Assembly (NCBI GenBank): GCA_951406725.2
Contig: OX597820.1
Coordinates: 122,016,001-122,080,000 of the forward strand
Reading direction: 5' to 3'
DNA from: Octopus vulgaris
Lineage: Eukaryota
DNA length: 64,000 bases
In this document: positions 52,676 to 64,000 of the stretch, one piece after another
How positions within the stretch are numbered: the first letter of the stretch is position 1
Layout: each line of letters opens with the position of its first letter
Notes under the pieces: model-generated
What the model saw: the letters and a program-made list of their open reading frames with translations, nothing else
Databases searched by the model: none
What the model was told of the DNA's origin: nothing
Position numbers and translations under genes: made by a program

Positions 52676-54081
52676 GTAATGATGGAGCGAAAGTAAAAAT
52701 GTAGGGAAGAGGACGAAGTGGTGATGGAGGGAAATTGTTTAGTTTAATTGAAATAAATAGGAGATAGGAAATGGTAAAGTTGTATATGGAATGAGTGTGC
52801 CGAAGAGAGAAACAGATAGAAGGTACGGGTAGATAGATAGGAGGGTGGTTGTATTGATCGATATGTGGTTGGTAATGTGCAGGTAGATAGATGGGGGGTG
52901 GAGAGGGGTATGTATGTAGATCGATATATGGGTGGATAAGTTTGAAAAACGGATTGGCAGGTAAATAGATGTGTGGTTTGATAATGGATGAAGAGTGAGA
53001 TGGATAGGTGGATAGATCAGAGCGCGCACCTGTGTGTGTGTGTGTATGTGTGTGTGTGTGTAAAAGTGTATAGAAACTCCATACACGAGAGAGAGAGAGA
53101 GAGGTATTAGAGAGAGAGAGAGAGCAGGAAGATGTGGAAAGTCTGTTTAATAAAAATAGTGAGGTGGTCGAGAACAGTGTTGAAAAACTGGAAGATGGAC
53201 GAATTGAGGGAAGATGTGGTGGTGGTGGGGGGAGGAGTAATGAGGATGGTGCTGATATAAAAATGTTGACTTGAGTGGATGAAGCAATAAAGAAAAGAAA
53301 TTGGAAACAGTAATTAAAAGTGTACTACTACGACGACCACCACCACTACCACTACTACTACTACTATTACTTCCACGATAAAAGAACCTGTAAGTGGTTC
53401 CTCGATCAGCTAGAAATAGTAACAAAATTACCTTGAAATCACAGCCAACAGTCTTCAGAATGGCAGCGGCAGAGAGGGTCATCAATTTATTTTGATAAGA
53501 CTTGTTAGATGACGATTGACCAGAGGCTATTCAACAACCTTATCAAGAAAAGGGCTTTTTAAAGATACATATGGTCGTTAGTTTACTAATTATAGTGCGT
53601 ATCTAGTTAATTAAAGAAGGCAATTAGTTAATTGTTGTCTAGAGTGGTAGATGTCGGAATGCTTTGCGGTGATTGCTCCGGCTTGGCTATCTGCTACCTT
53701 CCCGGCGTTCAAATCCTTTTCGATCAGTGATTTTAAACTAATATTCATATGGCCCCTTGGGGTCAATATAAGATTGGGGAGGGGGAAGGTCCACTCAAAC
53801 AAACTTGTAAATTGGAGACCCACATAAGTGTATTAAGGGTCCATGAAAAAATTTTGCTTTCGGAGTCTTCATTGTCAGAAACAGCAAGATTTCTTTCTCT
53901 GATATTTTACACATTTTCAACCAAGACAAGTAAAGGTGGGGAAAGCAAAAGAAGGATTTTGAAAGGAGTTCCTATGAAATTACTTATTCTACAGGTTTTT
54001 ATAGCCGAACTGCAAAGTTACGGGGACGAAAACGCACCAACACCTGTTGCCAAGCGGTTGAGGGACACGCACATCCATACC

Positions 54082-54315
54082 TATTTCTTTTACTACCCAC
54101 AAGGGACTAAACACAGAGGGGACAAACAAGGACAGACAAACGGATTAGGTCGATTACATCGACTCCAGTGCGTAACTGGTACTTATTTAATCGACCCCGA
54201 AAGGATGAAAGTCAAAGTCGACCTCGGCGGAATTTGAACTCAGAACGTAGCGGCAGACGAAATACGGCTACGCATTTCGCCCAGGCGTGCTAACGTTTCT
54301 GCCAGCTCGCCGCCT
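54082..54315 (-). mobile_element. SINE family A monomer nested in an old SINE B (~53990-54440)
   Basis: Flanking direct repeat tccatacc (54074-54081, 54316-54323). Confidence 0.88.
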
Positions 54316-55892
54316 TCCATACCGGCCGGGTTTCTTCACGCACAACGCTTCGGGCGGCTCAGGTCGAGTCGAAGACACTTGCTCGAGGTGCCACGCAATG
54401 AGACTGAACCCGAAACTATGTGATTGGGAAGCTAGCACCATGATGATAATGATGAGGAGAAGGAGGAGGGCCATAATGGTGATGATGGCTCAGGTAGTAA
54501 TGATGGTTTTACGTAATAAGTATGGTGGCGACGGACATGTTCGTATCTGAGTCATTGTTTAATATTATATGAGGACGGATTGGGGGGTTGCGGGTCTGAT
54601 GTGGGGATGTAGGTGGTTGAGGAGATAGCTGAGATGGTGGTGATGGTGGGGGAGGAGAGGAGTTGATGGGAGTTTAAAGAACTATTGTGATACAGTGCAA
54701 AGTGATGGCGGTGGGGCAGGTCAGTGTATTGTTACAGGAAGCGCCCTCTAACTACTTAACTATATATGTGTGTGTGTGTGTGTGTGTTGTATATGGCCCA
54801 GCGCCTTTGCAAATATCGCGGATGGAAATGTTAGAGTATCGTCTCGTTAAATTAAGGGATCAGGTCACAGCTTAGTGATCTGAAATTGTTTAAACTTTTT
54901 GCTATTTTAATGATTTTAAGTTATTAGGTTGTGGCCATGCTGGAGCACATTCATGATCAAGTACATCGGCCCAAATACTCATTTAACTACAGCCACCTTC
55001 TTCAAATACTTGGAAAAGGATAAAAAGTTAGACTGACCTGGCCAAGCTTTGAACTCAGAATGTCAAGATTATAGTAAGGCCTTTTGTTTGACTTCTGGGG
55101 AGAGTAGTTAGGCTGGATGCGAAGAGATGATGATGAATAGTGATCTGGCCATCACTCCTGATCTACCAACGGAAAAGGCGTTACGGTTCAGGGTCGAAAC
55201 ACAACATTGGTTGTTGGATACCATCTGATGACATAAATTTCTCCTGGCCAAAGCTCGCTTCCCTAACAATGAATGGGGAAGGAAGCCTCTTCTTTCAGTG
55301 TCATCGATGACATTCGACAACTCCAAGAAAACATATTTCATAGAAATATATTTGTCTATAGTCAATGAAATTCATTTCATTACCCCCCACCCCCACCAAG
55401 ATATAACTGGTAGTCACATGCATAATGAATCGTCACAAAATGGAATGAGAAATTTGAGTGGGTAGACAGGGGGAAGGGTCGGTTGGGAATATAAAGAAGG
55501 AGAAGAGATGGATCGTTATGGAGGTAAGATAAACACACACACATTAAGGTTTTCTCGTCTGACGAACGGCCCTTTATATATGTATATATGTGTTTATATG
55601 TGCGCGCGTGTGTGTGGTTTTAAAAATGATAAACTTATGAAATAGCATACATCAATATTTTTTATTTATTAGAATTATCTCCGTTATTAGAGAAATGTCA
55701 TAATGACCAGCTCCATTTGGGGAGGGGTGATAATCACAAGAATCGTGTGAAGGTAAGAGGACAACTGTGGGCACCAGTTTCTGACGCGATAAACGTCATC
55801 AGCTCGACAATTGTTTAACCTTCATCTTGCCCTTTGCATTAATGGAATATTAACACTGGAGAATCGTTGGTACTTGAGATTATCTCCTTTTC

Positions 55893-56295
55893 GGATCTTT
55901 TCGGTTTGAACGACAGTTTTTCTAGCGGTGTCATATGAAATTGTCACCCATAATTATGACCCTAGTATCGATCTATTGCATTTCAATCTGGGTTAGGGGT
56001 GGGGGGAAGGGTATCTTTTTTCTTCACAAAGGTAAATAAACCCAATCTGTTTCTTAAACGAGGGACATATTCATACGGCACAGAATGTTTTTACCTCAAT
56101 GGACGTCAGTGAATTGTTGAAATTGCAGAAATTGAAGAAACAAAAACAACAAATATCTTACAAACAATAGAGTTTTCTCAATAAAGTCAAGAGAAAAAGA
56201 TGTTTTATAAACACATTCTACCAGTATACGAAGTTTAAAATTTGTTAGTTACGTAGAAATTATGTTAAAAACTGCCGTTCAAACCGAAAGGATCC
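55893..56295 (+). mobile_element. TIR MITE copy 6
   Basis: Perfect 8-bp TSD tccttttc. Confidence 0.95.
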
Positions 56296-56945
56296 TCCTT
56301 TTCTTATAAGGAGCTGGTCTTAATCATCATTCGGTAATTATGGTACATCCTCGAGAGTTGGAGATCTTTTAAATAAATCAGGAATTTATGTTTTAAGGTA
56401 TTTGATATCCCTGTATTTGTATGTCTGTTGTGCAAATACACATCACTGGTCACTCTGACTTATTTGTCTTCGCTCATTTTTGTATAAATTATGTCTGTTT
56501 AGTGGGGGAGAGAGAGAGCTAGACTTGGGCACTTTTTGGTGGGAAAAGAGGGGGAAACAAATGAAGTGAACGACAGATAAATGTGGTGGGGAAATAAAAG
56601 GAGAAAATGAGGGATATACAATAGCATTCACTGAGAGGGTGGGAGAAAGGAGGGAGAGTAAGTAGGAAAGGAGCGGAAGAAGGAATTTCCACATAAATTG
56701 TTGTAAAACTGATCAGCAGATCGATAGAAGTTGTCGAATGTGTGCCTCTCTGTTTATTCGACTGGGTGTGCGTGTGCGCGCGCCTATCTTGTAGGGGGGA
56801 AGCGTCTGCACGTGCTGTCGTCGTATTCGAGTGTATACGAGTCTGTATGGCGCGTGAAAGGTACATACACACACACACACACACACCCACACTACCTGCC
56901 TACTTATAATTTATCTATATCAGTCTATCTCTCTCTCTCCCTTCC

Positions 56946-56959
<14 letters not shown>

Positions 56960-56977
<18 letters not shown>

Positions 56978-57317
56978 GTATATATATATATGTATGTACA
57001 TATATATGTATGTATATATATATATATATATATGTATGTATATATATATATATATATGTATGTATATATATATATATGTATGTATATATATATATATGTA
57101 TGTATATATATATATATGTATGTATATATATATATATATGTATGTATATATATATATATGTATGTATGTGTATATATATATATATGTATGTATGTATATA
57201 TATATATATATGTATGTATGTATATATATATATATATGTATGTATATATATATATGTATGTATATATATATATGTATATATATGTATGTATATATATATA
57301 TGTATATATATATATGT

Positions 57318-57358
<41 letters not shown>

Positions 57359-57570
57359 TGTATGTATGTATATATATATATGTATATATATATATGTATG
57401 TATATATATATATGTATATATATATATGTATGTATGTATATATATATGTATGTATGTATATATATATGTATATATATATATGTATGTATGTATATATATA
57501 TATGTATGTATGTATATATATATATGTATATATATATATATGTATGTATGTATATATATATATATGTATG

Positions 57571-57601
<31 letters not shown>

Positions 57602-57728
57602 GTATGTGTATGTGTATGTATGTATATGTATGTATGTATATATGTGTATGTATATATGTGTATGTATATATGTGTATGTATATATGTGTATGTATATGTA
57701 TGTATATATATGTATGTGTATATATATA

Positions 57729-57765
<37 letters not shown>

Positions 57766-57950
57766 TTATATATATGATTATGTATATGTATGTATATGTG
57801 TATATATATACATGTATATATATATATGTATATATCCATGTATATATATATGATTATGTATATGTGTATATATACATGTATATATATATATATATATATA
57901 GCCATGTATATATATATATATGTATATATTCATGTATATATGTATATATA
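56960..57950. repeat. ~1-kb (TA)n(TATG)n array
   Basis: Direct reading. Confidence 0.95.
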
Positions 57951-59997
57951 TAAATTGATTGATTGATTGATGTGATTGATTGATTGCCAGAAGGACGGTA
58001 CTAATTTGCATAATAGCTTTATATGTATGTGGCCACGGGATGTTTGTTTCGATGTCATCTCCTGTGAGTTGTGCGTACACAGCTTTGTGGATGTGGCGTG
58101 CGATTGCGCGCCTCTGCTGGTGCGAGTGTTGCCTCTCTACATTGCGGTTACGTGTTTATGCCGTTATATTTGTGTTTTTTGTTGCAAATTTCTTTCTTTT
58201 ATGAAATCATATCTGTGTTTTTTTGTGTAGAGAAGTTTCGTCTGAACGGTGGAATTGTGGTGGAATTGAAGAGAAAAGCTAGTCGGAGTGTTCATCATGG
58301 AAGAATGTGTGCCTACCGCCTCGCTACACGATAAACACTAGTTTAGCTGGGCTTGTCTGTCGCTATCTCTGTACTTCTGTCTATCTGGCTGTTTATCTAA
58401 AATCTCTCTCTCACCACACACACACAAAACATATATATTCGTTGGCACGTATATCGTATGCAGACACACACGCAAAACGAAGAGTTGGATATCTTATCTA
58501 GCTGGTCCGATATTACCGTTTATCCTCTTTATTACATACATAAGCATATAATATACATAAGACGGTATTTAAGGCTGTCTTTAATGTGTGTATGTGTGTG
58601 CATGTATGTGTGTGTGTGTGTGTCACACATACACCAATGCAAGCACTCATAGTCACACACAAACACTTATTAATTGAAAAGCTACCGTCTTAAACCAGAA
58701 AGGGACACGTGATTTAGCTTTGTGAGATAGTGTGTGGTGGTGGAGGGAGGGGGGAATAGACGATTTGGACATGTCTGAAGAGCGTTGGAGCTAAAATAAC
58801 AACAGTAATACACCCTCCTCCTCTCTACCCCATTTTCCCCCACCCTACACACGCCGGAGAAAGACGACGAATCCACGAAGCGACAGACAAAAAAAAAAAT
58901 CCTTTATAGTTCAACTAACGAGTAAAACCTCTCTTACGGTGGAGGAAAGAGTAGTTAAATCTCCCTCAAATCATTGGAGTGTTGTACCTGCTTCGCCAGC
59001 TGACGAGATGGGCACGGTCAGAAACCCTGTAGTCATAGGTCTGCTCTTCCATAGCTGACCTAAGTATAGCAACAATACTTACTACTACTACACACTCTCC
59101 CCCCCTTCTCTCACTCTCTCGTTCTCTCTCTCTCTCTCTCTCTCTCTTTCTCCAATAACTCTAGAATTAAGGTACTTCCCCCCCTCCTTGCTACAACAGC
59201 CAAATCTTCCGTAAAGTATACACTATTGTCTTTCCAAGAACAATGACTTCTTCAAATGATGTAGTCAAGACGGGATGGGCACTAGTGGAACGCCTGCTGG
59301 ATCCTAATTAATCCGAACAGAGAGCATCAACCCACTCAGGACTCTGGGGAGCAACAACAGGAAAAACAATTCGTTCAAAAATGAGACACGCTTCACCAAC
59401 AACAACACCAGCAACAAAAAAAAAACCCTGCTGCTGCTGTCGCTGCTGCTGCAGTATAGTGTTCGCTTCCACTAATATTACCACCATCGCTGCTGCTGCT
59501 GCTGTTGCTTTCCTGCTGCTGCTGTTGTTTTTGCTGCTGCTGCCGCCTTGTAGTTTGACGATGCTACTACAATAGTTACCTTACTACTATTGCAAACCTA
59601 TTACTACAACTACTACAACTACTACAACTACTACTACAAGTGCAGCTGTTACTACTATTATTTCTAATATTAACTGATAGATTATGGTCAAATTTGACGA
59701 TGCTGCGGTTAAGGTTGATGTTTATGATGATGATGATGATGATGATGACTGATTGACGGTGGATGTGGAGGTGATGGTGACGGGGAGGTGGTGGGGGGAT
59801 AAATGTTTATTCGTCCTTGTGTATATATGTGCATGTGCGTGCACGCTTGTCTGTCTATATCATATTATTATACACAAATACACATACACACACATAAGCA
59901 CATTCACCCACAATATATACTTCCCTTTTTGTATTCATTGTCTAATATACATGGCGCACATTCATACATACATATATGAGAGATAGAGAGAGAAGGA

Positions 59998-60033
<36 letters not shown>

Positions 60034-60103
60034 TTCAAAGGTATTTTTTTCCATGCTGACCACTTGATAAGTTCGTTATTTTATTTTAAATTAACGATCT
60101 TAT

Positions 60104-60139
<36 letters not shown>

Positions 60140-61369
60140 CTGACTGAATTGCTAATTAACCGTAATTGGGACCTTAACAGGTGCTACTGCTCCGGGCCAG
60201 ACTTAGCAACAGCAGTGGTGAAGAGAGCTTGTTGCACCACTTTTCGAAACCTTGTAACTGATGTTTAAAGTCAAACCTCAGAAGAATTCGTACGAGCAGT
60301 GAAAATAACACAATACCCGAGTCATAATATCAACAGACCAGTATGAAGGCAGCAAATATATAATAACAGCCATAATTGGTGTGATTTAATGTCATTGAAG
60401 ACAAATGTTTTAATCTCGAGTTATAATGTCACAAGGCAAACAGAGTTTCTGTTTGATATCATGTTTAGATAATTTTATGGTGTGAAGCAACTAAAAATAT
60501 ATTTGCGAGCGACAGGACAGCAACCGACAACATTTCACCAGAAAAATGCTGCAGCACGAAACATTTGAACATTTTCCTTATTTTTCTAGAACGACTGACT
60601 CCGCTCTCCTGCCATGACAGCCGGGTTGACTTGTTTTTAATTCAGACACACGATCAGTAATTTTGAAGGGAGCGCTTTATTCGGTAGTATCGACCCCAGT
60701 TCTTGAATAGTACTTTACTTTAACGATCCCAGACGGATAAAAGGTAATTTACTTTAACTGGCAGGAATTCAAAGACTTTTGAGCAGTTGTGAGCATCGTG
60801 GGGCAATGCACATAACACCCCGAGTGAAATCCAGTCTGAAATTGCTTAAGTCATCCATGAAGTTTTTCCAGCTTGTGTCTTTGTACGTGTTGGCTATTTA
60901 CTTCGGCTAACCATCCACATTACATCAATTGATAATAGGCCCATGGAATTCTTCTGAATATGCACCGTTAAAATTTTAGCCACCAATACTCTATGTATAT
61001 ATCGGTTTGTTTTTCGATTTCCTGAGAATATATATTTGTAAGAGCGACAATTATTTAACACTGACCCAGAAACAGATTTGATGCATTTCATCTTTAGAAA
61101 ATATTGTCTCACATAAATACTTTGTGCCAAATGTTGAAATCCTTCCCTGAGTTCGTATATTTTAAGATCTATATTCTTCATTTGGAGACACTTATAAAAA
61201 TCAATCCAGCTTTTCCTTTGTGTATTTGTCTTTTAACATCTCATTTCACCACAGTTCCTTAATAAAGCAGAGTCGACTGGGGGGGTTTCAAAGATTTTTG
61301 ATGGTTTGGCATTTTAATCAAAGTCTGAAAAACGCTGCAGTTTTAGTCTATAGAGAACATCTTAAGCGA

Positions 61370-61428
<59 letters not shown>

Positions 61429-61672
61429 ATTCTTGCTTTTTTGTTTGTTTTTTTGCAGCAGGGAAAATGGTTGAAGTTATTTATCATTAGCTGAGACTGA
61501 AAAAAGGTTAATTTATGTCGAAAAGCTTTCAGTACCGAGTAATGTCACATTTAAGCTTAGAATCGCCTTGTAATCTAAGATTGAACGTGTTAAGAAGCGT
61601 CATTCAATCAGGCGAGAATGCCAATTTCTACAACCATCGACGTTTGCAAGGAGCGCTAAGCACAATTTTTTC

Positions 61673-61716
<44 letters not shown>

Positions 61717-61980
61717 CCTTTACCACTACTGAGCCGTCTTATAGCAAATCGTTACATTCAGCTTCCAGTAATTAAAAAAAAAAGAAAATGATCAAAACTG
61801 CAGGTGAGTTCGAATGTGATCGAATGAAATTAGCAAGATCAATAAGTTTACCGTGAAAGTGGCTGTTAGTGAAAGAAGGGAAACCTTGCAGGTTTTGGAC
61901 ATTTCGTATGGTCGCAAGTTTTTCTCGACAGAAACATTGTGTGACTCATTCCTTTCTTGGAATGGTTAATTCCTATCAGT

Positions 61981-62371
61981 GGAGGCGCAATGGCCCAGTG
62001 GTTTGGGCAGCGGACTCGCGGTCATAGGATCGCGGTTTCGATTCCCAGACCGGGCGTTGTGAGTGTTTATTGAACGAAAACACCTAACATGAAGTGAACG
62101 ACAGATAAATGTGGTGGTGATCCCTGCTGTACTCTTTCACCACAACTTTCTCTCACTCTTACTTCCTGTTTCTGTTGTACCTGTATTTCAAGGGGCCGGC
62201 CTTGTCACTCTCTGTGTCACGCTGAATATCCCCGAGAACTACGTTAAGGGTGCACGTGTCTGTGGAGTGCTCATCCACTTGCACGTTAATTTCACGAGCA
62301 GGCTGTTCCGTTGATTCGGATCAACCGGAACCCTCGTCGTCGTAACCGACGGAGTGCTTCCAATCCAATCC
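61981..62371 (+). mobile_element. SINE family C, tail type 2, full length with (TCCAA)n tail and 13-bp TSD
   Basis: TSD aattcctatcagt at 61968-61980 and 62372-62384. Confidence 0.95.
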
Positions 62372-63098
62372 AATTCCTATCAGTTATTCCGCACCAGCGT
62401 ATGAAACGTTGTATGTCTTTGATGCTCTTTTAAATTAGGAAAGAGTAAATATTTAAACTATTTGAAATATTGCACCTGAGCACATTTCGATTTTTTACTC
62501 CGTGAAGGGATCTGGTTTATTTGTTTATGTATCGGATTTATTTATTCTATTAATATGGAGAATTGATTCATTCGAGACCACCGCTTGGGGCCGCTGCAAA
62601 AATTATCTACATTTTTTCCCGATTCTGAATTTTAATGTTCACAAAATCAAATATTAGTAACGAAAACAATGTATTACCTACAGCATCTCATAAAGTCGAT
62701 CCATGTCCTTTGCCGACCTCAGTTGTGCCACGTAACAGACCCGCAAAAGTGCGCTACAAGGAGGGTGAGAAACGAACTTCTAAACCTGACGGTCATGGCT
62801 GCGCTGGTAGTTTTCATGTGTTCCCTGTAAGAACCGAAGAGAGGTCAAAGTTATCGGTGTTACTAACATCCCCACAACTACCTACACCACCACCACCACC
62901 ACCAATGAGGGGTGGGGTCTCTGTGCTACCGTTATCATTGGAAACCAAATATCCATCTTGTAAAGAAGGAACGACATAAACGGGTTAGTTACGGATGCAA
63001 CGGTTTTGATTATAGGTCTGTCCAGTCACGGTTTACCTAGGGTTAAACGACAGCAACACTATTACTGCTGCTGCTGTTGCTGCTGCTTGTATTGCTGC

Positions 63099-63130
<32 letters not shown>

Positions 63131-63425
63131 ATGTAACTACAAGGTGCATTTTTCTATCATCATTCCCGTCCCAGCGTCACTGTCTCTTCAGAAGATGATA
63201 TTGCCACCAAAACCATCACTACTACTACAACTACTACTGCTGCTACTACTACTGCTGCTACTACTACTACTATTACTACTACTACTACTATTACTACTAC
63301 TGCTACTACTACTGTCAAAAACCTGCGCCTATTCTTTCTTTCGAAGCAAATCCTTATCAACATTATTATTGTTCAGCTTTAGCATCATTTTGAAATCATT
63401 CCCGCTGCTACCAAACAAAAACATA

Positions 63426-63469
63426 ATGGTCGATGTTTATGTTCGCACATCGGGCATTTTTGGTGGAAG
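63426..63469 (+). CDS. Candidate first coding exon of an unidentified host gene (MVDVYVRTSGIFGG-, phase-2 intron)
   Basis: Strong Kozak context acataATGg, then AAG|GTAAGT consensus donor at 63469/63470. Upstream sequence is TE-free and rich in CTG/CTA repeats, like a UTR. Confidence 0.45.
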
Positions 63470-64000
63470 GTAAGTAATCGTTTGACACAATATATTACTG
63501 GAATATATTTTTTTATAAATCCTATTGTATCGTCCGTCCGACGGGGGCTGCGGTGAAAAAAAAAAAAAACTTCATCGGCTCTGACGAAATTTGAACTCCT
63601 TGTGACGTCGCAAAGACGGAACTAAATTCTAAGATGTTTCACTATTTCTATCGGCTCCGCCCTGCCACTTATTTCAACAACGAAAACAATAACAACATTA
63701 ATAAATGTGCAACAACAAAATTATGAACTCAGGCTACAGCACAAACAAAACCAACAAATACAACAAAACGGCTACAAATGCTGTTCGTGTTTTTATTTTA
63801 TCACATCTCCAAATATAGTTTTCATTCCCTCTCTGTGTTACTTCTTTGTTTTTCACTCCTATACCACCCCTCTTCTTCCCTCATATTTTCATCCCACTAT
63901 TTTCATTATATTTATTATTTATCTTCTTGACACAAGACCCTGGTATTCTTGTTTACAAGGGGCAACAACTTACAATACCCCTGTGATTTCGTTAAGTCCG

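Noticed and set aside
53370-53880. Old repeat fragments (ctcga..ctagaaatag..aaatcac, echoed at ~32600 and ~58950) and a possible hAT-type MITE remnant
   Set aside because: Probably real ancient repeats, but boundaries and class cannot be defined by eye.
55765-55808. Minus-strand CTGATGA..GAAA hammerhead-like motif
   Set aside because: No UH cleavage site (reads GCC) and stem I does not pair; at best a decayed remnant.
60894-61181. 95-aa minus ORF with VLNNC resembling an RLE-LINE zinc knuckle
   Set aside because: Too degenerate to assign without a search.
63144-63425. Poly-Leu 'signal peptide/TM' ORF (also 40681-40941)
   Set aside because: (CTA/CTG)n trinucleotide repeat with a GTG start; better explained as UTR or intergenic repeat.

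Overview
Eukaryotic, AT-rich, repeat-saturated DNA, not prokaryotic. The tRNA-derived SINE families and kilobase-scale (TA/TG/CA)n arrays suggest an octopus/coleoid cephalopod genome (inferred from recalled repeat families, not database-checked). No complete host gene is visible, and almost all ORF-track entries are microsatellite artefacts. Supported content: three Pol III-type SINE families, six copies of a 360-420 bp TIR MITE with 8-bp TSDs (Merlin-like), two non-autonomous Helitrons and a 5'-truncated CR1-type LINE. There are also remnants of RLE (R4/Dong-like), Penelope GIY-YIG and Tc1/mariner elements. The most unusual signals are: (1) several minimal, partly variant hammerhead-ribozyme motifs and fold-back termini embedded in (TA)n, probably Penelope-like ends; (2) SINE multimers with an invariant junction; (3) a 29-bp patch apparently copied from 5.5 kb away into a young SINE; (4) two candidate host exons with consensus GTAAGT donors (20503 and 63469). 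Coordinates of degenerate elements are approximate.
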